DNA of 64,000 nt from Batkoa obscura (lineage: Eukaryota): positions 372,001 through 436,000 of the forward strand of contig JASVEC010000020.1 in assembly GCA_030770535.1 (NCBI GenBank), in the 5' to 3' direction. Position 1 is the first letter of the stretch. Each line of letters begins with the position of its first letter. The notes below the pieces were generated by a model, which did no database searches, had not been told where the DNA came from, and saw only the letters and a program-made list of their open reading frames with translations. Both the position numbers and the translations under genes were made by a program. Of the stretch, positions 50,657 to 62,490 are shown in pieces.

Positions 50657-50915
50657 ATGCATCCATTTTTGGTTATTAATCAACAGTATTTTTTTAAAAC
50701 TTATTTATATTAAATAAACTATATCTTATATTATTTATTATTTTTAACTATTTTGATTATTAATTTATTTGCAATATTAGTTTGTTATAATATTCATTTG
50801 CTATTTGATGTTTAGGAACTACTTTGAAAGAAATTATTGTTCTGAAAATGTATTCTCTACAACCATCTATGATTTATTAGATTATTAGTTAGTTTAGAGA
50901 CCATTATTGAGTACA
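49592..50915 (+). repeat. 1,324-bp inverted repeat, arm 2 (partner 35064-36387)
   Basis: Covers RNR2 from EESRLAL to ~260 bp past the stop. Confidence 0.93.
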
Positions 50916-51957
50916 CGTTCAACTTTGGGAAAGTATAGTAGGGATACGACTTATTAATGATGTTTTTATTTGAAAGTTTCTATTCTTTAGTTCTAATTTT
51001 CTTTTTATATTGACCACTTAAGTATTTTAAAAGTCAAAGATTCCACTGATATTGTAAAGTACAATGAATTTTAGTACAAAAGCAGAAATAAAGTACAGAA
51101 TATCATTCTTCTTTTATTACACTAACTAATTTTTACATCTATATTGAATATGTACTTGAAAGCTTGAAAGTAATAACACTTTCAAATGTTTTATCTGTAA
51201 TAGTAGAATCTCAAGATCAAAGCAGATAAGCCGGATGATATACAATAAGGTAATAGTATGTTATGTAAGTGAAGAAACTGTTTAATTGAGGAGGATATAT
51301 CTCTATCTTTATAAAACCAAATTGTATTCATAAAATCAGTTAAGAAAAAACAAAGTTGTGAAAGGAAGTTCTTACTTTTTATTTTTTTAGAGTATACTTT
51401 TTTATAACATATTACTTATCACTACATATCGATCAAAAGAATACTCAAATATAACAAAAATGAATAAAAACATTGAATTGTATAAATATATAATTTTAAA
51501 TATAATTTTTTAAAATGGCAATAGCAATAGCAATGGAAATAGCATGATAAAATAGAATAACCAAATTATTCACATTTAATAAAATCTGATGATATAATAA
51601 ATAAGGTTTTTACCAGAATTATACTTGGAATATTTTTTAATATTTCAAACCTTACTTAGTTATAGTTTACTTAACTTTTAAAAAAACAGAAGAACAAAAA
51701 TAATAAAAATGATTAAATGTTCAAGTCTCAGACTTGATGGATTTATTTAGAATAAACGTTAAAATTAGGTAGTAAATAGAAGCAGTATCATACTGAAAAA
51801 AAGGAATTAAAGAAAGAATTGGATAAAGTAAATGAAGTAGTAGAGAAGGTGAGAACTATCAGGCAAATTGTCAATAGAAGGGGTAGTTAAAACGATTATA
51901 TTATTATCAATCACCTATAAAAATTGTTTCAAGTCTCAAACTCTACTTTTTTCAAAA

Positions 51958-52899
51958 TCAAAAATAGAAGCTAGGTATTAAATCGAAAAAATCATTATAC
52001 GTGTTAGTATTAATTAAGGTATGATTTAACGAAGTATTAGTTAAAGTGTAAGAAGTGTTAAAAAAATTAGTTGAATAATTAGAAAGATTGATTGGATTAT
52101 TAGTTGATGGACCTAAAGTGTCAATAGAAATAAGTGAAGTATTAAAAACATTACTAGATGGATTCGATAGTCCATCATTAGAACATATACTTAAATCATC
52201 CATATTATTATCATTAGGAACAATCATTTCATTAGTCATTGCTATCTCTCCCATTGCCTCCAGAACTTTGATCTTTTTTTTTTCTTTTCTAATAAACTTG
52301 TTATCACCTAACTTATCCACCCCCTCTTTCTTTCCATTAGTTTCCTTTTGATTTAAGAGTTTTAATTGAAACTTTAATTGAAATCTTTTAATAAATTGAT
52401 TAAACCAAACTCGATTACCCTTAAAATTTTCCACTTTTAAATCATTAGCAATTAATTTACTTTTCTCCATTATATCATATCTTGTAATTTCTTGCTTTAT
52501 AAACAACCCCCTTTCTAACTCTGTTTTTAATTCTGTTTCTATCTCTTTCTCTCTTTCTAACTTTAACTCTAATTCTCTCTTCATCTTTTCATCAACACAC
52601 CAATCTAATACTTTAGTTTCTAATTCAGAAAATGGAGAAGCTACTATTTTCTTTCTACTGTTATAATAAGGTTGAATATTTCTTATGCTCTCTCTTTTAT
52701 TAATGATTTTTGTTACTGTGCTACGACCACAGTGATATAAATTAGATATCTCTTGATGAGATAACCCAGATTCATAATGTTGAATAATGGCTTTTTTTTC
52801 AAAGATAGTGAGTACTTGACGTTTACTAATAAAAAATAAGAGATTTAGTTATTTGTTTTTGTTATATATCTGAATTATTGTAAATTACCGTTTAGACAT
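51958..52899 (-). CDS. psq-type HTH plus CENP-B/Tc5-type HTH protein lacking a DDE domain; short first exon and intron ~52826-52888
   Basis: Spliced MSKRKRQVLTIFEKKAIIQHYESGLSHQEISNLYHCGRSTVTKII...FSELETKVLDW...IMEKSKLIANDLKVENFKGNRVWFNQFIKRFQL, then an S/T/N-rich tail. Confidence 0.8.
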
Positions 52900-54175
52900 T
52901 ATATAAAAGATGTTGAAGTTTAATGTGACTATATGGATTATTTTTTTATTTTATTTTATTTTGAATGTTAATAATCATCAAATTTTATTGGCTAATGAAA
53001 TAACCGAATTACCAATAGCTAATTGAACCTTTTTTACAACATACTAAGAGATTATAGACAATGTTTTTGGATAACTATGTATTGAAATTGTTAAGAAATG
53101 AAACATAATTTTAATACTAAGTTTGATTTTAATTTTGGTAGTTAAATTCACTATTTCTGAAACTTTTCTAAAAAAATAAATTCAAAATAATATAAATTTA
53201 ATATAAATTAATCATTTGTTAATTGTAAAATCAACTTCTTAAACTCCAGTAAAGCTACTGTTCATCTTTCATCAACTTAACTATTTCAATCCAATTTTTT
53301 TAAATTCCTTCTAGAGTTATTTCACAAAAGTATGTTTATTATATTTATTATATTTATTTCTAATTTATTAAAAAACAACAAAAGTAATAGGCGAATTTTA
53401 AAAGTAGATAACTCTTTAAAACCCCTCTCTTTTTCTTAGTTTAACATTCTTATTAAAATTAATATTATCCGAAGTCAATAACATTCAATCTCAAATCTCT
53501 TATTTCAGCTTAATTTCAATAAGATTAACTAGTTTATATTAATGAGTTTTTATTCAACTATTTGAAATATTAATGTTAATAACAACACATTAATGTATTT
53601 ATATTGTGATCGTTTTGTTAGTATACAAATTAATAATTCATTAAATCTATTTACTTTTTTTATTTTCAGCTTTTTTCAATTCTAAAAAAGGAAAATCACA
53701 CAAAAATTGTTCTTTTTTAATATTGATTTTTCAAAGTTGAAAATTTATTGGTTACAATTCATTAAAATGAAATCATCAATTTCAAGCCACTATCTTATAA
53801 AAAAGTCAATTCAATGAAAAAAAGATTTCTAAATAACTATTATAACATTTAACTAGAACATTATTAAATTCCATTATCTATATTAAAATAAGATATTATT
53901 TATACAAATCCACATAAAAAATCAATTTCCACATAATCAATAATTTATAAATGTAAATAGAAATATTCAATTACTATCGTTTATATCAGACATTAATTAA
54001 TTTAAAAACTGAGAATTCATGCTTTTACTTCAAAAGGTAAGTGTCATATAATAAATAAAAACAAAAACAAAACTTCTCCCTTAAATTAATCGGATGACAA
54101 TTATAATAAAAATAAAGTATAAAAGGCAGTAACAAATTAAAATATCATCGATTTTTAGTTTCTATTTTCAATAAA

Positions 54176-56616
54176 ATGGTTTATATCTTTGCTAAACAAT
54201 TATCAAATACTAAGCAACCAGGACAGACGGGTAAGCTTGTTATCTTTATTTTTTTCAATTTATCAAATCAGATTTATTTTGTTAGCTATCTACCTTAATG
54301 TTGTAGATGAACAACAAGTTACTCAAGGCAAAAAGTACCCAAAAACAGTATATGAATTATTTACTAAAGGTGATAATCAAGTCAATTAAAAGTGATTATA
54401 CTAAATCAATATCTTTTATTTTTATTTAGTTGTTCAAAAAATTCCTAATTCCAACTTTCTTGGTACTCGAGAAACTATTAACAACAAACTAGGTGATTAT
54501 AAGTTTGAAACTTATTCTGAAGTTTATAATCGAGTGCTTAATTTTTCTTCTGGACTAAGTCATTTAATTCAACAATATCAATTATATCCATCAACAAAAT
54601 CTATCAAAACAATTGGTATTTATTCTTCTAATCGTAGTGAATGGACAATCAGTGATTTAAGTATAAGTTTTAGAGATTGTACTACTGTTGGATTATATAA
54701 TACATATGGCATTGAGATCCTAAGTTATGTAATAGAACATTCAGAAATTGAAATATTGATATTAAGTTTTGATAAATTAAAATTCTTAATTAAAAATAAA
54801 ATCAATTTATATCAAATCAAATTGCTAATTTGTATGGATGAAGTAGAGAATGACAGTGATATCTTTCGATGGGCAGAGAGTGAAAATGTAACTTTGAAAT
54901 TCTTTACTCAAGTGGAAAAAATGGGTCAATTAAATCCAGTTTCGCCTACTCCACCTACTCCACAATCGATTTATACCATCTGTTACACTTCTGGAACCAC
55001 TGGTTATCCTAAGGGAGTGATCTCCACTCATTTCAATTATCTCGGTTTCCTACCCTCTAAACGTGAAGCTTTTGGTGATCTTACCTCTGCTTTGGCTTAT
55101 TCTTATCTCCCATTAGCTCATTGTTTAGAAAGAAGTAATATTCTTTATACCATTTATTGTGAAGGTAGTATAGGCTTTAATTCTGGTTCTTTGTTAAATT
55201 TTTCGGATGATATACAAGTATTGAAGCCAACTGCATTGGCTGCTGTACCTAGGATATTATTAAGAATTTACGATGAGGTACAAAAGGTTATTGCTTCAAA
55301 AAGTGATGCAGGGAAATTATTAAAAGAGGCTATCGATTTTAAATTGAATCAATTTCAACTTGGTAATGGAGTCAAATCAGAGAAATATGATGCTTTATTT
55401 GCTCCATTTCGTCAAGCTTTAGGAGGTAGAGTTACCTTCTTAGGAATTGGTTCAGCCCCTATTTCTTTTGAAGCCTTGAATATTTTGAAAGTAGTTTTAT
55501 CAGCTGATATTTGCGAAGGTAATAAAAAAATTAATTTTATAGTATATAGATGTAAATAATTGATCATTTTAATAATTAGGTTATGGATCAACCGAAACTG
55601 CAGCTAATATATCTACTGCTTATAGAAATGATTCAGATTCAGGTACAGTGGGTCCAGTTCATATAAAGTAAAGTTTTTAATCTTGTTATATATATATTGA
55701 TTATAAAATACTAAGAACCAACTATATTTAGTCTTCAACTTAAACTCCTAGATATCCCTGAAATGAATTATTTAAGTAGTGACCAACCTTTTCCAAGAGG
55801 TGAAATTTGTGTTAAAGGATTTAGTGTATTTGAAGGATATTTTAAAAATGAAAAAGCTACTAAAGAAGTATTAACAAAAGATGGTTGGTATCTTACAGGG
55901 GATGTAGGAATGATTGATGATAGTGGTAGATTGAGAATAATTGATAGAAAAAGTAATATGTTTAAATTATCACATGGTAAGTTCTTTTAAGTAGTATTTA
56001 GAAATAAGAGTAAATTTGATATAATGGAAGTTTGGGTTTTATGAATTGATACTAAATAAGTCTTTTTATTATTGTTATATTAGGTGAATTCATTGCTCCT
56101 GAGAGAATTGAAAATCAAATTAATCGCTATGAATTAATTTTACAATCATTTGTTTATGGAAAATCAACAGATTCTTATCTAGTTGCTTTAATTATTCCAG
56201 ACGAACTTCATTTTCTTAACTGGAGTAAAAAGAGATTAAACAATGATCAATTAACTTTGGAAGAGGCTGTTAAAGATAAAAAATTAAACAAATTATTGCT
56301 AAAAGAGATTCAAGATAGTTGTAAAAAAGAAGGATTGGCTAGGTAAGTTTTTAAGATTTTCATTTTATTTTATTTTATTTTATTTTATTTTATTTTATTT
56401 TATTTTATTTAGTTTTGAAATTATTCAATATATTTACATTCATCCAATTCCTTTTTCGATGGAAAACGGATTCTTAAATGATACGTAAGTTGAATGTCTT
56501 ACTTTGAATTTACAATTGATTTATTTTAATATTTTAAATTTTATTTTAGTTTTAAACTTAGACGTAAAGTAGTTAAAGAAAAATTTCAACTTATTTTAGA
56601 TAGCTTTTATAAATAA
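54176..56616 (+). CDS. long-chain fatty acyl-CoA synthetase, copy 1, multi-exon
   Basis: [19 protein letters not shown], spliced [40 protein letters not shown]. Confidence 0.93.
56362..56410 (+). repeat. (TTTTA)n microsatellite within an acyl-CoA synthetase intron
   Basis: Tandem attttattttatttt run just before the acceptor AG. Confidence 0.9.
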
Positions 56617-56717
56617 AATAAAATAGTTATTAGCTAAATTATAAATTACTACTATTAACTGATATTTATTTCAACAAAAACAAATTATTGAGCAATTCTA
56701 TCTTTGCTCTTATTAAA

Positions 56718-59085
56718 TCATTCATAAAGATCATCAAGTATATGTTTAAAATCTTTAATTATAACTCTACGTTTAATTTTAAATCTAAAAATAAAAATAA
56801 AAATAAAAAAATAAAAACAAAAATAAAAATAAGAATAAAATAACTTACGTATCCGTTAAATAGCCATTATCAATAGTAAAACTCAATGAATGTAAATAAA
56901 TATTTTTAATAAGTTCAAATCTAAAACAATAAAACAAGTTAATAATCAATTTCAAACTAAAAATGAAAACTAGTTACTTTGCCAATCCACCTTTTATACA
57001 GCTATTTTGTAATTCAATTAATAACAACTTTTTTAATTCCTTATTTTCACAAACTTGTTTGAAATCTAACTCCATTAAATTTGACCTCTGTTTACTCCAT
57101 TTAATTATTTCTAATTCATTAGGTACTATTAAAGCAACTAAATGGCTTTTTAATGAATTCCCATAAACTATTACTTGTTCAACTAATTTGTTTCTTTTAA
57201 TCACATTCTCAATTCTTTCTGGGGATATAAATTCACCTAAAATATATATTTAAAATAAATTAAGCTTGATTATTGAAATTCATTAATATTATATTCAACT
57301 TTACCATTCCCTAATTTCAATATATGACTTTTTCTATCAACAATAAACAATCTCCCTATGTCATCTATCTTTCCAATATCCCCAGTTTTAAACCAGTGGT
57401 CTTTAGTTAAAGCTTCTTTTGTTGCTTTTTCATCTTTAAAATAACTATTAAACACTGTTGGTCCACGAACATAGATTTCGCCTCTTGGGTATGGGGAATC
57501 TGTAGTTAAATACCCCATTTCTGGTATATTCACTAGTTTAATTTCCGTACTAAAGATAATAAATAAAGAAATTTAATTTATTAATAAATGTATTTGAATT
57601 CATTACTTAATACTTACTTTATATAAGGTCGACCCACACTTCCTGTATCATTATTAAATACGTTGGTTATACTTATTGCAGCTGCAGTTTCAGTTGATCC
57701 ATACCCTAAAAAAACTTTAATTTTTATTTTCTTATATTCAGATAAAATTCAATTGACCTTCAATGATATTTGTTGATAAAACCACCTTTAATACATCAAG
57801 TGCTTGTACACTAATAGGTGCTGAACCTACTGCAAGAAACTTCACTTTACCGCCAATTACTTGTTGGAACTTATCAAATAAATATTCATATTTTGGATTT
57901 TCTACTCCATTTCCATTTTTAAAATCTTTTAATTTTTCTTCAATGGCTAATTTTAATAATTTTGCTTTTTCTCCCTTTCCCTCACTCGCTTTCATTACTT
58001 GTTCATAAATTCTAGTCAAAATCTTAGGCACTGCAGCCAAATAATTTGGTTTGAGTTCCTTGATATCCGAATTAAAATTTCGAATATCCCCATCAGAAAC
58101 AAATCCCACTCGAGCTTTCATAGAAATTATAAAAAAAATACTTGCTCGACCCATGGTATGTGCTAATGGTAAATAAGAATATGTAGTTAATTTAGTTTGA
58201 TTACTAAACGATTTTTGTTTGGTTAATAAAGAAGCAATATAATTTCGATGGGTTGACAACACTCCCTTAGGTAAATTTGTCGTTCCAGAAGTGTAACAAA
58301 TGGTATAGATAGAATCGGATGAAGGTGGGGCAATAGGGTAATTATTTTTCTTCCCAATAGACTCTATTTGTTTAAAGGTATACATGATTATTCCTTGCTT
58401 TTTTGTCCAAGATGTTATTAACTCATTTGGCTTTATTTCTTCAATAATAATTATTATTTTTACTTCAGCTAATTTAATTTCATTATTTATTAAAAACCTT
58501 AATCTATCTCTACTTAATATTAAAATTTCAATCTCAGAATGTGCTATTACATATTCCAACATGAATTTATTATAAGTAGTATATAAACCTACAGTTATAA
58601 GATTCTTAAAACAATTACTTAAATCAGAAACAACCCATTCTGAACAATTGGTAGAATAAATACCAATAGTTTTTAATTGTTTATTATAAAATAATTGATA
58701 TTTGTTGACTAGATAGTGTAATCCATTAGAAAAATTAAGAACTCGAGTATATACTTGAGAATATGTTTGAAATACATAAGCATCTAAAGTGTTATTGATT
58801 TTCTCTCGAGTTCCTAAAAAATCCTGGTTGGGCACTTGATTACAACCTATAAGAGAAAAAAAATTAGTAGGATTATGGATTTTTTTACAATAAGTTAAAG
58901 ATGTGAATTTACTTTGTTGAAATAAATGATAGATGGTTGCTGGTGGGGGACTATCTTCCGTTAAGTTTAATTTATAAATGGCTTGATGAACTATTAATTG
59001 AAGATGGTTATTATGTTAAGTTGGAATTACCCGATTCACCAGTGGTATTTGTAGGGATGGTACATACTTCAAATGAAGGTGTCAT
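56718..59085 (-). CDS. long-chain fatty acyl-CoA synthetase, copy 2, multi-exon
   Basis: [43 protein letters not shown]; intron positions match copy 1. Confidence 0.93.
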
Positions 59086-60130
59086 TTCTTGAAATTGAAA
59101 GAAAAAATAAAAAGTAGAAAGTAAAAAGTAAAAAGTAAAAGTAAATTGACTTAGTTTGTGATTGATAAGATGATGAAATATATGATTGAATTAAATTAAC
59201 AATTTAGCAAAATAGCAAAAATTATTCAAATTTAGTTTATTAATTTCCAATTTAATTTAAGCTAATTTTTACTGCAAGATTCATTAAGCAAATTTTATTT
59301 ATTTTTGGTAAAAATTCCAAGGTGACAATTAATTGGTGGATAAAATAATTAAAATTTCATAGTACAGTTCAACAATGTAAAAAATGACGTGGATATTTAT
59401 TTGGTATAAAAAATCTTAATATTTTGTTAATAGGAATAATATTCGAACAATAAGTAATAAATGAGTAAAGATGAAGGGAGAGGGTGAAAGGTTGAGAGAT
59501 TTTATCCTAGTTATATAGTGTTTTGAGCTACCTACTTTCTCAAATAAAAAGAACAAATCAAATAGAATAGAGAAATGATATTCTAAAGAAATTATTAATA
59601 AAAAAAGAATAAACTAGGATTATCTTATAAATACTAATATAAAAAGAGTACGAGTTTTGTTCGTATTAAATAACAGCAGTTCTTTATTTAATATAATGAA
59701 AGTTTATCAAATACCAAATGGCTTATTTTGAAAAATTCAAATTTAATAATAACAATAACTCTAGAAGTTTGGTTTTAAAAAGAGACAAAAGAGTACTACT
59801 TTGTTTTAAATATAAATTATAGAAAGTTCCTTTATATTTTATTAAAATTTTAAGAAAGGTAGGTAGAATAACCAATCATAAAATTTATGTTATTTTGTAC
59901 TTGTTCCTTAAAAACAGCAATTTTATTAAGATTATTATAAATAACTGATTTTCTATATACCTTGATAAAACGTATAGATCGGAGCAATATGAACTTCAAT
60001 TGGTAAAAGAAGATATCTAATACCAGATTTCTTACAATGCTTATTTATTGTCTATTATTAATTATATTACAAACTTGGACAGTTAATTACTATTAATTTA
60101 GATACAACTTCACAATATCAATTACAATGT

Positions 60131-60916
60131 TTAAAAATCCTGCTCAATGAAAGATTTGAACATAAATAACTTAGTATAAATTCCTGGGAAATTTTTTCGA
60201 GCACATCCATGACCCCATGAAGTAATGCCAACAAGAGTAGTTTTTCCTGCTTCAACTTTGAAGATTGGACCTCCAGAATCACCTTGACAAGCATCTTTAG
60301 CTCCTTCTGGATAACCAGCACAGAACATTACTGTATCATTGACTATTTTGTTAATTGATTTATAAGAGTCAACACATTTCTTAGTGTCATAAGTAGGCAC
60401 TTTTACTTCTAATAATATATTACTTCCTCTACTACCTTCAGAAGTAGCACCCCAACCAACAGTAACCAATAATTGATTTGTTGATTTAGCAAATGTACCA
60501 TCATCAATAACAAAAGTATCTTTTTGAGCTAAGCCCCAAGTACCATCAATTTTCCAAATAGCTACATCATTTAAATCAAACTTATTGGCATCATAATCTG
60601 GATGAGCTTTACGATCAATTACTTGGTATCGTTGACCATTTTCAACATATTCATTTAAGGTTAAATCATGGCGATGAAAACTAGCAGTAAATTTTTCTGT
60701 TTCAAAAATAGTACAATGAGCAGCTGTAATAATCAAGTTACTTTTGTAAGCCATTCCAGCACAAAAATGGTGTCCCAAAAGATCTAAACTTAAAATCCAT
60801 GGATATTTAAATTTAGGTGATACTTCATAACCATCAATAATTCTTGTTGTTGGTAATACATTAGCTGCTTGAGATAATGAGGTTAATACCAAGAGAGTTA
60901 TTAGTTTTAAATTCAT
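60131..60916 (-). CDS. secreted trypsin (S1A), copy 1
   Basis: Signal/propeptide ending R-IIDG; TAAHC, NDVAIWK, DACQGDSGGP (S1 Asp), SWGHGCA. Confidence 0.95.
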   Translation of the reverse strand: MNLKLITLLVLTSLSQAANVLPTTRIIDGYEVSPKFKYPWILSLDLLGHHFCAGMAYKSNLIITAAHCTIFETEKFTASFHRHDLTLNEYVENGQRYQVIDRKAHPDYDANKFDLNDVAIWKIDGTWGLAQKDTFVIDDGTFAKSTNQLLVTVGWGATSEGSRGSNILLEVKVPTYDTKKCVDSYKSINKIVNDTVMFCAGYPEGAKDACQGDSGGPIFKVEAGKTTLVGITSWGHGCARKNFPGIYTKLFMFKSFIEQDF

Positions 60917-61707
60917 AATTAATTAGTATTAAATTTGTTTGATTAACTTTTGGATTCTTTCGATATATTTATAGTTTCCAAAGTCCCCGATTGTATTATT
61001 TAATAACAAAATCATGCTCTTAATAATTTTAATTGAGCATGAAGACAGTGGTTCATTTCACTTTGAATTGTCATGAGTTATAAAATTTAAAAGGTTTGAT
61101 TCTATGCAAATTACCGCCAAATTTTCGAAGTCTATTGATAATATAGTGGCAATACAAAGTTGATGAAGATTGAATTATAAAGATCGTTAAAAAAGATGAA
61201 GCCGTGAAATTTTTAATTTTTTTTCTTGAATATAAAATGATTTATATAACCTTTTATATTTTAAAATAGTGTTTTTCAGAATATAGCTATTTTTGAAGCA
61301 GTTATAAAATTCATTCAATAAAAAGTCTTTTGGTATTCAAAAGATACTATAATGATAGTCATGGACTATATATTTTGATGTATGTTTTATTCGTTTTATT
61401 TAATAATTTAAGAGTTATTAATAAAATTGAATATTTTATAGAACCTCTCTGCAATACTTTTGAGCAGAAATTGGCAAGATGAACTTTTTAAATGACTTAA
61501 ATCAACTTTTTTTGTTATTAAACAGCCCTTTTCATCTATTTGATATTTCAGGTATTAACATAGCACTTTAACTTTATTTATATGTATTGAATTCTGTCTA
61601 ACATAAAAATATCCGTTTTTTGAAAACATTAAAGCATCATTAATAAAATACTTCAAACATAAAAGTCAGTTTTCAATTTTTTAATGTACTTCAAAGAGTT
61701 ATAAAAG

Positions 61708-61814
61708 ATATGGGGATGTTTTTTTTGGCCTCATTGCTTTTTCTATCTTTTAAGTGCTATTTGAGTAGGAAAATTGTCAGTAAAATCTTTAAATACAAAA
61801 ACACATCCCCATAT
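61708..61814 (-). mobile_element. MITE copy 18
   Basis: ATAT-GGGGATGT...ACATCCCC-ATAT (perfect ends). Confidence 0.93.
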
Positions 61815-61823
61815 AGAACTTCA

Positions 61824-61899
61824 AATATTCGCAAAATAAATTGGACCATAATACAAGGTCTTTGTTAGTAGAATCGTCCACTTTATTTTGCGAAATATT
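61824..61899. repeat. small foldback with ~23-bp arms
   Basis: aatattcgcaaaataaattggac ... gtccactttattttgcgaaatatt. Confidence 0.65.
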
Positions 61900-61989
61900 A
61901 CAATAGTTTTTTATTGAAATATCTAATCATTTTTAAAATTTTATGCTATATAAAAATGGAATAAGTAAATAAAAATCAAAAGACATTTG

Positions 61990-62092
61990 ATATGAGGATG
62001 TATTTTTGTATTTAAGAATTTTACTAATAATTTTTCCCCTCATATAGCACTTAAAAGATAAAAAAAGTGATAAAATAAAAACACCCTCATAT
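61990..62092 (+). mobile_element. MITE copy 19
   Basis: ATAT-GAGGATGT...ACACCCTC-ATAT. Confidence 0.88.
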
Positions 62093-62490
62093 ATCGTTTT
62101 TTACAGTTATCGAAATTCCAAAATAGTATAAAGTGTGGCCTTGTACCATATATATAGATCCAAATAATTAATTACATCCCTGCAATTATTAATTAGGTTC
62201 GTTCCATTAAAAGTCAGTTTTAAGTATTAAAATAATTGATTCGAGCTATAACTTATTTTATAAGTATTATTTTAACTTACTTTACTATTAAGATTAGTTG
62301 AAATAATTATACTTACAATAAGCTTTACAAAACATCTTTGCATACAAATAATATAAAATTTAATTTCATCAACAAGCAAAGATAAAAAATCATATAAACT
62401 TCAACAATTATTTATTATAATTTTTAATCTAAACCGAAATAGTTAGCTACTATTAATTGTAATACCAATAACAAGTATCAGTTAAAGATT

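Noticed and set aside
45..62092. Recurrent ~100-bp repeat as a CRISPR array, SINE or tRNA
   Set aside because: Dispersed in both orientations, no regular spacers, no A/B boxes, cloverleaf or poly-A tail; TIR plus TSD indicate a DNA-type MITE.
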